A DNA stretch of 64,000 nucleotides. Origin: Andalucia godoyi And28. Taxonomy: Eukaryota > Protista > Jakobida. The stretch lies in NCBI GenBank assembly GCA_009859145.1, contig VRVR01000034.1, positions 233,822-297,821 on the forward strand, in the 5' to 3' direction. The position numbers were made by a program, and so were the translations under genes. Position 1 is the first letter of the stretch, and every line of letters begins with the position of its first letter. A model generated the notes under the pieces. That model was not told the origin of the DNA, did no database searches, and worked only from the letters and a program-made list of their open reading frames with translations. Shown piece by piece: positions 52,071 to 63,253 of the stretch.

Positions 52071-53633
52071 CTACAGAGTGCTGGGGTCGATGTTGTACAT
52101 TGCACAGTACTTTTCGCGAAGATACGCAATGAAATACTTCGGATTCATCGGTTCGCCAGTGGCATGCGTCAGCAGCTCGTCGGCAGACGGGTAGAACGTT
52201 CCGTGAGTATGAATCTTGTTGGTGAGCCATTCTTTGATGACTGCGAATTCTCCCTTTTCCACCTTCTCCATTACATCTGGGATGTCACGCTTGACGGCTG
52301 CAAAAATCTGGGCTGCGTTCATCGCGCCAAGCAGATAGGTCGGGAAATACCCAACAAACGGGGATGACCAGTGCACGTCTTGGAGGCAGCCCACTGCATC
52401 GTCGGTAACTTCAAGACCCAAGTAGTCCTTGATCTGTGCATTCCAGCGTTGCGGCAACTCAGAAATCTTCATGGTTCCAGCAAGCATCTGTGCTTCGAAT
52501 TCATACCGCATTAAAATATGCATTACATATGTGAGCTCATCCGATTCAACACGAATGAAGTTTGGATTCACGTCGTTAATGGCTTTCATAAGATCTGCGA
52601 ATTCGGATTCCGTATCAAGCTTCAGAGGAACACCACCGACGTCACGAACAATCGGTGCAGCAAACTTCCAGAACTGGTTGCTGAGTCCGACCATGCGCTC
52701 CCAGAACAACGACTGCGATTCATGAATTCCCATGCTAAGGTATTCGTCGACTGGAAGACCCGTTGGCTTCAGATTCTGCTCATAAAACGCATGCCCGGCT
52801 TCGTGGATGGATCCTGTAATTGACTGCAGCCACTCGTCTGCTCTGTAGCGAGTTGTGATACGAACGTCATGTGGCGAGCTCGAGGTCGTGAACGGATGCG
52901 GCGAAGCATCCATGCGTCCATTTTCAAAATCGAATCCTAGACGCTTCACAATTTCCTCGTTCGCCTTGCGCAGCTTTTCAACGTCAAACGTCCCAGAAAG
53001 AACCTCCGCAAACGAATTGTCCATATTCTTGCGAGCAGCAAGAACCTTTTCAAGCAACGGGACGACCGCCGTCCGGATCTCCTTTAGTATGGGATCCAAT
53101 CTAGCCTGCGTAAGCCCGCGTTCAAACTGATCAATCCACACATCGTATGCATTCACCTGCGCCTTTTCAGGCTCCATGTACGACGCAAGCGTACGGGCCA
53201 TCTGCAGGTTTTTTTCCAAATTCGGGGCAAATATTGAGAAGTCTTTGGCCTTTTTCGCTCGAACCCACGCATCATACCCCTCTGATTCGAGCTTTGCGCG
53301 CTCCTCTTCCACGTTCTTCGGGATCGAAGTGTGTTTGCGGTACTTGATGCGAGCTTCACGAATCACTGCAGATTCATATGCAGTAAGCTCCTTCTCGACA
53401 CTCTCGGGCCCAAACGAATCAATCGAGTCAAATAGAGTCTTGAATTCAGGATCGGTGTTCAGATCATGGAGGAATCCTGCGATGAGCTCCAGCTGAGACG
53501 CACGGACAGAAGCAGCTCCTGCAGGCATAAACACCTGCTGATCGTACTGCATTATTGCATTCACACCAGAGAAATGATGAGACCGACGCAGCAGCACACA
53601 CAGACGATCATACACGCTTCGAACAGTTGACAT
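52071..53633 (-). CDS. M32 metallocarboxypeptidase (carboxypeptidase Taq family)
   Basis: HPFT, DVRITTRY, HEAGH (HEXXH), HESQS, IRVESDE, GCLQDVHWS and GYFPTYLLG. Confidence 0.95.
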   Translation of the reverse strand: MSTVRSVYDRLCVLLRRSHHFSGVNAIMQYDQQVFMPAGAASVRASQLELIAGFLHDLNTDPEFKTLFDSIDSFGPESVEKELTAYESAVIREARIKYRKHTSIPKNVEEERAKLESEGYDAWVRAKKAKDFSIFAPNLEKNLQMARTLASYMEPEKAQVNAYDVWIDQFERGLTQARLDPILKEIRTAVVPLLEKVLAARKNMDNSFAEVLSGTFDVEKLRKANEEIVKRLGFDFENGRMDASPHPFTTSSSPHDVRITTRYRADEWLQSITGSIHEAGHAFYEQNLKPTGLPVDEYLSMGIHESQSLFWERMVGLSNQFWKFAAPIVRDVGGVPLKLDTESEFADLMKAINDVNPNFIRVESDELTYVMHILMRYEFEAQMLAGTMKISELPQRWNAQIKDYLGLEVTDDAVGCLQDVHWSSPFVGYFPTYLLGAMNAAQIFAAVKRDIPDVMEKVEKGEFAVIKEWLTNKIHTHGTFYPSADELLTHATGEPMNPKYFIAYLREKYCAMYNIDPSTL

Positions 53634-53917
53634 GGCTATGATTTTAAGAAACCTGGTGTCTTTGAACAATTCTCAATCGCAACTGCAAATCCAACAGATC
53701 ATGCAAGTGAAAGGGCAAACAGAATTAAATAAATAAAATGACAATCGCAGAAGAAAAGAAAAGTAATAAATAAATAAATATAAAGAATCAGGAGAGAAAC
53801 CCCCCTCATGCATGCTCGGAGGAAATGATTGATTTGCAAGCAGGCTGGAAGAAACCTCAAGTTTTTTTTTCCTTCAAAAGTCGTCTCTTTGCGTAGATTA
53901 GCAGCAACAGTTCCCAA

Positions 53918-53962
<45 letters not shown>

Positions 53963-54023
53963 TATTTTTATTTTAATGACTACACTGCGAAACCTGCGAG
54001 CAGCCCTAGTGACTGAGTGTGTT

Positions 54024-54067
<44 letters not shown>

Positions 54068-54112
54068 GGTGTGTGTGAGGGAGAGGCCAGAGGCCCCGGA
54101 CAAAAGTCTCCC

Positions 54113-57100
54113 CTACTTCTTGGCAATGATGAGGGCAGTGGAAACTTCGCCAACACCCTTGACAAACACACGCTCTCTTTCCTCGTACGAGTACATCTCA
54201 CTGAGCAGAGCAAGAGTTGATTTGCTGACTTGCACACGGCCGCACATTCCGGTGCTTTCCATGCGACTTGCAATGTTGACGGCAGGAGACCAGCAATCAA
54301 AAGCAAACTTGTCTTCGCCAATGACACCACCGACGACGGGCCCACTGTTGATTCCAACGCGCACGTTCCATTCTGCCGCCAACGGAGTTCCGAGAGCAAA
54401 TTCTCGAATGGACGCAATCATTTCCAATCCGCATTCAACGGCATCAACGGCGTGGCAGTCTGACCGACTGCTGTCCAATCCAGCTATGGCAAAAAAGGCA
54501 TCGCCGATCGTTTTGATTTTCTCAATGTGGTGTTTCTTGCAAATGCGATCAAAGCGGACCACGAGCTGATTCAGAACACTGACGACCTCTTCAGGAGCGG
54601 CATTCTTGATGGATTCCGTGAATCCTGCAATATCACTGAATAGAATGGACACCTTGGGATACCGTTTTGCAATGAGCGCTGGAGAACCGGCCGTCTCTGT
54701 GCTGGTGCTCGACGAAGTAGAAGACGACGACAACCGGGCAGCTGCAAGATTCCTGTTCTTCAGCTGGATGGCAACTTCCTCAGGCAAAATGTGCCGCAGC
54801 AGACCTTCGGAGCGATTCTGTTCCTCCTTGAGCACGATGTCTTGTCGTTGCTCGGCTGTCCGATCTTTGACGACGAAAATAAGGTATCCGCCTTGCAACG
54901 AGACTGTGAGCTTTGCTGGGAAGGCAACGTCTGATGCGTCTTCATGGCGAAGCATATTCAACTGCGCCTCCGTCCGATCCGAATTTGTGGCCTTTAGCGT
55001 ATCAAACACGTGATCTACAGCGACTTTCTCGGCAGGGCTGGAAACCGCGAACAGCGTGCGCGCGGATCGACCAAGCAACTGATCTCTCGGACGACCAAAC
55101 ATCATCTCAGCTGCTCGATTCACAAGTTCCACTTCGCCGTGGCTGTCGACCTGCACAACTGCATCCGTTAGTGCTTCCGTCAGGTTGAGCGACGTCGCGT
55201 CTGCCTCTTCCTCTTTTTGTTGGATGATCTCCCCAGTAGACAGCAAAACGAACAGGCGCCCATTAGAAAATACAGTCTTCTTCGGAAGCAGCGTCAGCAG
55301 CAAGAGCACCTGGCGATTCTCATTTTCGATGCGAAGTGACACCGGAATCATGATGAGCAGCATTCCAAAAAGAAGCAGGGGCAGGGAAACGACATAGTAA
55401 ACTGTCACACGACTTTTAACAGAGTTGAGAATGTCGATCTCGTCCTGCGTCAGCGTTTCCGAGGCGCTGACGACACTTTCAGACAATCGCTTGTCCCAGT
55501 CCGTCAACTTCTTCAGGGTTTCCGCGTTTGAATACGTTGCCAGCACCGCAGTGATCGGGAGTCTTCCAAGGTCAGAAAACCAGTTTGTCTGCGCGATCAC
55601 AATTTGTTCTGGAGACATGCAGGCTGGCGATGTTGAAGGGACGCAAGCAGAAGCACGGAAAGCCTTTTCCAAGGACGAATCTGCCATGTCGAAGATACCC
55701 ATTTGGCTGCGACTGGAGACGCCGAAGCGATACTCATCAAGAGCAGTCGACAAATCAGATGCAAAGCGGCCATGAAGCGCAAGGATACCTGCTGCGGTAG
55801 CCGCTGGGACGGGATAGAACAGCGCAATACATGCCAGATCCGTTCCAGAAGCATAGTTGCGCCACACTTCCATTGGTGCCAGGATCTCGTAGCCCACTCC
55901 TTTGGATTTGTTGTACAACACGTATTGCTCCAACGAAAATGCCACCACGACAAGAAGGAGCACGGAGAGCAAAAGAACCACACAAGTGAGAGTCCAGTGC
56001 AGAGAGTATGAATGAAATTCGGAGACGATGTATTGAGAATCCTCCTCCATGCTCGCCGCAGATTCTCGATCTTGTGCAAACTGGGTTGCCAAGTTGTGAA
56101 CGGTTCGCGATGCGTCTCCCTTTGGCAGACTTTCGACAATCTCATACAGGCACCTTCTCTCTTTCCTGATTCGACGAATCGCCGGTAAGAGGAAGCAGAG
56201 TGGAACAAGAAACAGGAGAAACAATGAAACGCCAAGAATGGCGGAGTTCGTAACCACCATTTGAGATCGGAAAGTGTCCCCGAATCTCGAAATGTACTCT
56301 TCAACAATGTTCTGATACGCATTCCCAATGGGAGATGCGTTGCGAACGAGGAAAACGACCATGGCTGACACAATGCTGTTCAGTAAGGAGTATGCTGGGA
56401 ACTGCAGTTCGCTAACTGATCTGAGTCTTTGGATTTCAACAATTAGAGAGTCCCAGGGGGAAAAACGAAGCTGAAGACCGTCGTCTCCCGAAATAACGAC
56501 AGATTCATCTTTCCACAATCTCATGAGCGTGGGGTCATCAACCGGTGGATTATTCACGATCAAATCGTTCAAGAGGGACGGTGCGAGATTCAGAAGATTT
56601 CTTTGCAAACTGGACGTGACAGCGAAGGAAGCATTGAGGGCAAAGTTTGTCTGCGCAAACATCATCGAGGACCTCATGCTGAAAGTCTGACCCAGTAGTT
56701 TGAGCTGGGCTGCCTTGTGTACCTCGGTTACACTGGTATCCAGTTTGCTGATGAGATTATAAATCAGTCCAAAAGCAACAGACATCATGATGACTAATAT
56801 CAAGACAGTAAGAGACATCGCGGTGATCATCAACCACACGGACCGAGACTGATATTTGTGCACCTTCTCACGAAGTGATGCGTCCTTTGTTGACGATGCA
56901 GCAGAGGAGCCGCCGTGGGACGACAATTTCTCTACTTCTTGATCCCCCAGCTGCGAACTAGAGGCATTATCTGAGAATATGGACAGCTTACTACCTCCTT
57001 CCTGAATCGACGGAGTGTCCGTTTCCAAAGTGGAGAGGCGGCGGCGACGATTCGAACCGGTCTGCAGAGGCAGATTGCTGGAGAAGCTGCTCTTTTCTGG

Positions 57101-59194
57101 GATGCCCAAAGCGGGCATGGAGTTTGACCCGACATTGCTGTCGCCGTTTGCATCCTGCAAGCCTGCACGTTCCATTCGCACTCGTCGTACGCTATCCGAC
57201 TTTCCTACGTCAGACAAGGCGTCTATTCTCGAACCCGGAAGAGGAGGACTGCTGAACGGCGCGGGAGAGAACAAGTTGTTCGGATCTGCTCCCTTGCAAA
57301 CAGCGTCTGTCGTGTGTGAAGTGTCATTCTCACCCTCGTATTGTTCCGCCATTTCCAGCAGCTCCTCGGCTCGAACAGGATCGCGAAGGATGTTGAGAGT
57401 AAACAACGCATATTCTCGCAGGACTGCAGCAGACCGCGGAAATCTTTCCGTAAGTGTCCGGAGCTGCAATCGCAAAAGTTCTGTTCGATTGAAAATGACA
57501 CTCGAAAGGCCGATCATGGACTCCGGTGTGACTTTGTTTTTCGCAATGTCACGAAAGAATCGAAGCACAAGACACTCGAGAATGCGTCTCCCCTTTTGCA
57601 CAATTTTGAGCTGCACTGATATTTCACGCGACTCCTCCGAGAATCCAGAAAGCATGGAAATTCTCAGATCATAGCGGGCGGCGTTGAACAACAAGAGATG
57701 CCACCACTTTGAGAGTCCCTGTCTTTCAATGTCTGTCATGACATTGAAGAGCGACGATCGTTCATGCGGACAATAATTCATCAAGAACAATGCATAGTGC
57801 AGGAACACAGGAGTTGGATACGTGGATCGCCTCAGTTCGGCTTGCAGAACATAGCGGCACATGGCATGAACGCAAGGATCCTCGGTGACAGCAACACGAC
57901 ACGCCCGTTCTAACGCGAAGAAGTCGTGGAACTTGCCAGCGAAGACACTGATCCCGACCAAATTAGTGCTTGCAGTGTTACTGTTACCCGTCAAATTGCT
58001 CCCTTCTGCGCCCGGGGATGACGTTGTCGAGACAGCATCCGAGACCTCATCTTCGCCGATTTCAGAGCCGGAAGACGCTGAGTAAGCCGCCTTCTCTTCC
58101 TCCGGCAAGATGCGATTCTTGCGGTACGAAGATCCAGGGATTTTCAACCTTGAGTTTTCCAACAAGTTGCGGATATACTTGTTGTACGAATTCCAGAGGT
58201 ATGTCGCTGCTGCGGGAAAGATAATGATCGACAGCAAGCATCCAAAGGCCCAGTTTGGACGGTTGTCAGACGAAGAAAACGCAGAGAAGAAAAAGACTGT
58301 CAAGGAGACGCCCCCCGCGGTCCATAATCCAACCGAGTACAGGAAATTTGCCTTCAAATGCAGAACAGGAAGCCGCACATGGAACAGTTTTCCAAAGTAG
58401 AAGCAGACAAAAGCTTGGACAAAGGAGGGAAGCCACGCAACGGGGTCCTTTGGGTACACCACACAAAACACATACAGCACGCAGCAAACCAAGCGAGCGA
58501 CACAAAAGCCTCCGACGGAAAAGATGTCGTTACGAGCAAAGGGGGCGGTGGCCTCGTTGAACCGAGTCTGGATGAACATGAAGGAATGTATGACATCCGT
58601 GGAAATCAGCAGAAGGAGGGACAGTGCAGAAAACATCTGCGTCGCAACGGAGAACGGAGAGGACCAACATTCCGCACCAGATGCGAAATCTGGTTGACAA
58701 GTGACCGATCGGAAGAACAGCATATACCCGGGGATTGCGAATATCGTATGCATGACCCATGACACCAAATTCAACCACTGCAGTCCAAAAACCAGCGACT
58801 CGTGATTTCGCAAGAGCCCAGTAACGTTCCAGATGTAGAAGCCGCAGAGGAGAGTGAACAAGAGACCGCCAACCAGAGTCCACAGCAGCTGGAGATTTGT
58901 CGTGGAAAGAAGCAGGTCCGGTTGCACAACAGAAAACACTACAGACAGCGTCGTGTCCGTGGCCGATCCAGTCAGCATCGACGAGTTCCACAGAGGCTTC
59001 ATCGCAAGAATAATGAACTGCACAAGGGATGCACCAATCAAGATATTTGCCGTTGTTCTCGGACGAAAAGGCAGCGCGTGCTTCCCGATGCGGTGGAATA
59101 CGGCAGCAGAATTTGTGTTGGAACCCTCGAGATGATCATCTTGCAAATCAGTGCCTTGAAAGTCTGACGCACCTTCGATGTTATCAAAGTCCAT
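54113..59194 (-). CDS. Multi-TM PAS-domain class III adenylate cyclase
   Basis: Many TM segments, a PAS domain (TDAVVQVDSHGEVELVNRAAEMMFG) and the catalytic motifs FSDIAGFT, KIKTIGDAF, RVGINSGPVVGGVIG and FDCW..VNIASRMES. Confidence 0.92.
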   Translation of the reverse strand: MDFDNIEGASDFQGTDLQDDHLEGSNTNSAAVFHRIGKHALPFRPRTTANILIGASLVQFIILAMKPLWNSSMLTGSATDTTLSVVFSVVQPDLLLSTTNLQLLWTLVGGLLFTLLCGFYIWNVTGLLRNHESLVFGLQWLNLVSWVMHTIFAIPGYMLFFRSVTCQPDFASGAECWSSPFSVATQMFSALSLLLLISTDVIHSFMFIQTRFNEATAPFARNDIFSVGGFCVARLVCCVLYVFCVVYPKDPVAWLPSFVQAFVCFYFGKLFHVRLPVLHLKANFLYSVGLWTAGGVSLTVFFFSAFSSSDNRPNWAFGCLLSIIIFPAAATYLWNSYNKYIRNLLENSRLKIPGSSYRKNRILPEEEKAAYSASSGSEIGEDEVSDAVSTTSSPGAEGSNLTGNSNTASTNLVGISVFAGKFHDFFALERACRVAVTEDPCVHAMCRYVLQAELRRSTYPTPVFLHYALFLMNYCPHERSSLFNVMTDIERQGLSKWWHLLLFNAARYDLRISMLSGFSEESREISVQLKIVQKGRRILECLVLRFFRDIAKNKVTPESMIGLSSVIFNRTELLRLQLRTLTERFPRSAAVLREYALFTLNILRDPVRAEELLEMAEQYEGENDTSHTTDAVCKGADPNNLFSPAPFSSPPLPGSRIDALSDVGKSDSVRRVRMERAGLQDANGDSNVGSNSMPALGIPEKSSFSSNLPLQTGSNRRRRLSTLETDTPSIQEGGSKLSIFSDNASSSQLGDQEVEKLSSHGGSSAASSTKDASLREKVHKYQSRSVWLMITAMSLTVLILVIMMSVAFGLIYNLISKLDTSVTEVHKAAQLKLLGQTFSMRSSMMFAQTNFALNASFAVTSSLQRNLLNLAPSLLNDLIVNNPPVDDPTLMRLWKDESVVISGDDGLQLRFSPWDSLIVEIQRLRSVSELQFPAYSLLNSIVSAMVVFLVRNASPIGNAYQNIVEEYISRFGDTFRSQMVVTNSAILGVSLFLLFLVPLCFLLPAIRRIRKERRCLYEIVESLPKGDASRTVHNLATQFAQDRESAASMEEDSQYIVSEFHSYSLHWTLTCVVLLLSVLLLVVVAFSLEQYVLYNKSKGVGYEILAPMEVWRNYASGTDLACIALFYPVPAATAAGILALHGRFASDLSTALDEYRFGVSSRSQMGIFDMADSSLEKAFRASACVPSTSPACMSPEQIVIAQTNWFSDLGRLPITAVLATYSNAETLKKLTDWDKRLSESVVSASETLTQDEIDILNSVKSRVTVYYVVSLPLLLFGMLLIMIPVSLRIENENRQVLLLLTLLPKKTVFSNGRLFVLLSTGEIIQQKEEEADATSLNLTEALTDAVVQVDSHGEVELVNRAAEMMFGRPRDQLLGRSARTLFAVSSPAEKVAVDHVFDTLKATNSDRTEAQLNMLRHEDASDVAFPAKLTVSLQGGYLIFVVKDRTAEQRQDIVLKEEQNRSEGLLRHILPEEVAIQLKNRNLAAARLSSSSTSSSTSTETAGSPALIAKRYPKVSILFSDIAGFTESIKNAAPEEVVSVLNQLVVRFDRICKKHHIEKIKTIGDAFFAIAGLDSSRSDCHAVDAVECGLEMIASIREFALGTPLAAEWNVRVGINSGPVVGGVIGEDKFAFDCWSPAVNIASRMESTGMCGRVQVSKSTLALLSEMYSYEERERVFVKGVGEVSTALIIAKK

Positions 59195-60117
59195 GTTTTG
59201 GCAAGCGAAAACCCCACAATACCGTGTATAACACACACAGCAGCAATAACAAAGAGTATACCAAAAATTAAAAAGAAAAAAAAGGAAGGGAATGAAGAGA
59301 AAAGGAAGAACGGTTTAGCTGAGCGACGAACAAAGCAAAATAAGAAGAAAAAAGACGTCGTTGTTGGCTCGTCGTTGTTACGACTTCTGGTAGGTCATCA
59401 TCCATCGTCCCCCTCCATCAGGTCCCGAGCTTTGCGAAAAGAACAGAAGTCACAGAAGCAGACTGGGCCAGAGAAGCAATGGTCCTCGAGCGACCGTGCG
59501 ACAAAACATTTCCAAGATGTGTCCAAGATTCCTTTTTTCGGATGACCTCAGAAGAACGGTGCTCGTATGTAGGACCTGAGTGGATTGTCCTCAACGATCC
59601 TCTGTGCAGGAAGACGTGGTATGAGAGAGGGACATTTTGTCGCGCAGGATGACAGTTTTGCACTAAAAAGGAAAACACGAGGTTTTCGCAAATGTCCGTC
59701 TCTGCTCACAAGAGGGCAGATTGGAGAAGCAGAGTTTGGCCACTGGAGCTGCAAACTCTTCCAGCCCCATTTTCCCCGGGAATGCTCACAAAAAATCCTG
59801 AGTGGTACCGCGTGAGTCATGTGGACTGCGATACGCGTTGAACACCTGCGGCTTATTGCAGCAAGGGTTTTTGACGCTCTGATTGGAACCTGCCGCACCA
59901 GTAGCTCGACTGGAGACCTGTGCAAATTGTGCAAGCTGTCTCCATACCGATCGTAGAACTCTCGGAGATTGCTTTTCCAAAAATGGAAATCCCCTGGCCT
60001 TCCGGAATCTCCCGTCCGCGCTTCCTCTGAACTCGATTGCACTGTGATGGAACTGCACCCTTCGTGGTGTTCAGGAAAGCGAAGGATTGTGCTTCACAGA
60101 TGTGGAGGTGAGGTTGT

Positions 60118-60152
<35 letters not shown>

Positions 60153-60304
60153 CATGCATGCAGTTTCATTCCCCTCCCCTCTCCCCTCCAAAAAAAAAGA
60201 AAAAAAGAAATGTTTTCATTTTGTGAGAGCCCGCGGTTCGTTGTCTAGAGTGGAATTAACACCGACCGTCTCGACGCTGAACAGCCGAAGACGACCCTGC
60301 CAGA

Positions 60305-63253
60305 ATGGTTCTATCTCCTTCTCATCGTGAGCATGACAGGGAGTGCATTGCAGTCGACATGCGACCCTTCGCACGGCCGTTAAACCTGCCTGGGGATCAC
60401 GTAGACGTTTCGAGAGAAACAAAAGAGATCGAGGTGTCTCTTGTGCCGGTCCAGCGCCAATTTCGGATGAGAAAATCTCGATCGCAATTCCTGGCAAACT
60501 GGAGCGGTGCGAACCTCTCCGTGTCCAAGAGTCATGCAATGTCCTCTGCATTCTGGTCGGAATCACAAGATGAGGACGAAGGAGTGGCAAAGTCGCGAAC
60601 TGCGACTCGCGAACTCGCAGCAGACGATGCTGCTAAACTTCGCGGGTTGACGGACACTGAAGTCACGGATCGTCAGCGTCGTTTTGGAAAAAACGTACTC
60701 GGAGATACGGGCCCTTCGTTGTGGAAAATGATTTTCCAGTCCTATTTTAATAATTTTATGCAGGCAATTTTGGTGTTCACCATCATCTTGTCGGCGATTT
60801 CGCGCGGATATGCCGAAGTGGTCGTTCTTGCATTCCTTTTTGTCATCAATGGTACAACATCGTTCGTCCATTCTCGGAATTCTGTCAAGGCCATCGCGGA
60901 GTTGCGTAATCAGTACCGCGCAAAGGCAAAGGTCATCCGAAACGGAGCGGAGTTGGAGATCGAGCCAATTGAACTGGTGCCAGATGATGTTGTTGTGCTT
61001 GAGAGAGGAATCGTACTACAGTGCGACTGCCGTCTGGAGACTGTATTGGCATCGGTGACTATGGACGAATCGGCGATTACAGGAGAGTCTCTTCCTGTCG
61101 ACAAGGAAATGGGAGCCTCATGCTCAGCTGGAACGATAGTGAAATCAGGATTTGGTCGTGCGATCGTCACGCAGACTGGCAAAGCATCTTCTATGGGTCG
61201 TATTATTCAGTTGAGCGCCAATGCGCGAAAGCGAGAGAGCTTCCAGAGGATCCTCAACTCGGTGATGTACATTCTGGTTGGATTAGGGGTCATCGTGGCA
61301 ATTGTCGTCCTTCCAGATCTCGGAGTCCGCGACGGATTTTCAAGCGACGACATTTTGGAATTGCTTGCTGTGATCCTGGTTGCCGCGATTCCAGTTGCGC
61401 TGCCGGTTGTTGTTACCGCTGTGCTCACAGGAGGAGCAAAACTTCTTGCGAAACACCATGTCATTGTCTCCCGTCTGGCTGCTCTGGAAGCGCTTGCAGA
61501 AATGGATGTTCTGGCGTCCGACAAAACAGGAACACTCACGGCCAACCAGCTGGAGATTCAAGAAATTGTATCATTGGGCGAATTCGACGATTTTACTGTC
61601 AAGATGTTTGCGTTTATGGCTTGTCCAAAGGCGAGTGACGACCCGATTGACAAGGCAATCCTGCGGATGGCGGATGCTGACAAATCCATTCAGAATGAAG
61701 TGGCCCAAGATTTTGTTTTGGAAAGCATGCAGCCGTTCGATTCGGCTCGCAAAAGACTTATGGCGTTCTGGAAGCACGAGGACTCTGGCAGGCCGTTACT
61801 CGTTCTGAAAGGCGCGCCGCAGGCCTTGTGCAAAGCACTTCCGGTATCATCCGGTTCGGCAAGCTCGTATTCGAGAGACCCGGTCGGCAAAATCCAGATG
61901 CCCGATCAGGTTCAATATCAAGTCGACAAGGCTGTGAAGTCCTTGGCGTCTCGCGGGTTGCGACCACTCGGAATTGCGTGCCGAGAGGATGGGACGACTT
62001 GGAAATATGTCGGGGTTATCGGCATATTTGATCCTCCGCGACACGATTCACGCGCTACTCTGCTCCGGGCCCATGAGCTGGGCATCAGAGTAAAGATGAT
62101 CACCGGAGATCATGTGCTGATTGCGCAGGAGACTTCAAGGATGCTCGGCATCGGGGGCAATGTGGTTGCCTTGCACGGAGATGAGTCAAAGGCCCAGATC
62201 GCAGAGGATGCGGATGGATTTGCGGAAGTCTTGCCAGAAGACAAATACAGAGTGATTCATCAGCTGCAGCGAAATAAACACGTTGTTGGCATGACCGGGG
62301 ATGGCGTGAATGACGTTGCAGCACTGCGTCGGGCAGATTGTGGAATCGCCGTTGCTGGAGCGACGGATGCTGCTCGGTCTGCGGCGGATATTGTGCTTAC
62401 GCAACCCGGCTTATCCGTTGTCATTGATGCAATCGTTGCGGCACGGAAGATATTCCAGAATGTTCGCAACTACTTGATCTTCCGCATAGCAGCATCGATT
62501 ACACTGGTTTTCTGGCTATTTTTCAGTTTGCTTTTGTTTTACGATCCCGGCAGCAGCACGAGTCGTTTCGTCACCGATCCCGTCTCCATTCTCATCATCG
62601 CGGTATTACTGGATATTGCCAATCTTGCGAATGCATACGACCATGTACGTCCATCGCTGCTACCATCCACTTGGGATCTTCCTGAGATTCTTGTCGTGGC
62701 CATTGTGTTGGGATTCCTAGGAGTCGAGGAGCAAGTTCTTATTTTTACCTGGGCTCGGAACTCCAAATTTGTCTTTCATTCGGTGGCCTTCAACACCAAT
62801 GAACTGCATGCCCTCATTTTCTTTTCTCTCGGAGCATCTTTGCTTTTGACGATATTCATTTCGCGAACTCGGGGGATGTTCTTCCAGAGGCGACCATCCT
62901 TCCTTGTGCTGACCGTTAATCTCTCGTGGCTGTTTGTCATGACAATTCTGGGCGTTTACTGGCCGTTTTCCGAGGGAGCAGGCTGGAAAGCCGTAGGGAT
63001 TACGTGGGGATTGATTCTGATTGCGTTCGTGATCAAAGACGTTTGCAAACGACTACTGTATGCATATTTCGACTCTGCAAACATCAGGCATCCTGCAGTG
63101 TCGGCTCCTCGAACCAGGAACTGGAAGAATCTGCCGTTGCATGCATTCTACTTTCTACGAGGTCCGAAGGAGAAGGATATCAAACCGATTGGGGACGTGG
63201 AGTTGGGCTCTACGCTTCCGACAGTACCTCAGGTCTCTGACATGCCAGTATAG
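60305..63253 (+). CDS. PMA1: Plasma-membrane H+-ATPase (P3A P-type ATPase)
   Basis: TGES, IPVALP, DKTGTLT, KGAP, FDPPR, MITGD, GDGVND and the TM6 Asp in IAVLLD. The start may be a later ATG (e.g. 60538). Confidence 0.95.
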   Translation: MVLSPSHREHDRECIAVDMRPFARPLNLPGDHVDVSRETKEIEVSLVPVQRQFRMRKSRSQFLANWSGANLSVSKSHAMSSAFWSESQDEDEGVAKSRTATRELAADDAAKLRGLTDTEVTDRQRRFGKNVLGDTGPSLWKMIFQSYFNNFMQAILVFTIILSAISRGYAEVVVLAFLFVINGTTSFVHSRNSVKAIAELRNQYRAKAKVIRNGAELEIEPIELVPDDVVVLERGIVLQCDCRLETVLASVTMDESAITGESLPVDKEMGASCSAGTIVKSGFGRAIVTQTGKASSMGRIIQLSANARKRESFQRILNSVMYILVGLGVIVAIVVLPDLGVRDGFSSDDILELLAVILVAAIPVALPVVVTAVLTGGAKLLAKHHVIVSRLAALEALAEMDVLASDKTGTLTANQLEIQEIVSLGEFDDFTVKMFAFMACPKASDDPIDKAILRMADADKSIQNEVAQDFVLESMQPFDSARKRLMAFWKHEDSGRPLLVLKGAPQALCKALPVSSGSASSYSRDPVGKIQMPDQVQYQVDKAVKSLASRGLRPLGIACREDGTTWKYVGVIGIFDPPRHDSRATLLRAHELGIRVKMITGDHVLIAQETSRMLGIGGNVVALHGDESKAQIAEDADGFAEVLPEDKYRVIHQLQRNKHVVGMTGDGVNDVAALRRADCGIAVAGATDAARSAADIVLTQPGLSVVIDAIVAARKIFQNVRNYLIFRIAASITLVFWLFFSLLLFYDPGSSTSRFVTDPVSILIIAVLLDIANLANAYDHVRPSLLPSTWDLPEILVVAIVLGFLGVEEQVLIFTWARNSKFVFHSVAFNTNELHALIFFSLGASLLLTIFISRTRGMFFQRRPSFLVLTVNLSWLFVMTILGVYWPFSEGAGWKAVGITWGLILIAFVIKDVCKRLLYAYFDSANIRHPAVSAPRTRNWKNLPLHAFYFLRGPKEKDIKPIGDVELGSTLPTVPQVSDMPV

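Noticed and set aside
12345-60090. Idea of genome-wide TGA reassignment, since several unassigned frames are broken only by TGA followed by G
   Set aside because: Confident genes terminate at TGA (HAD hydrolase, Tctex1, Sec15, ABCG, RFC3) and none contains an internal TGA. TpA appears scarce in this sequence, which would make TAA/TAG rare and leave TGA as the usual chance interruption.
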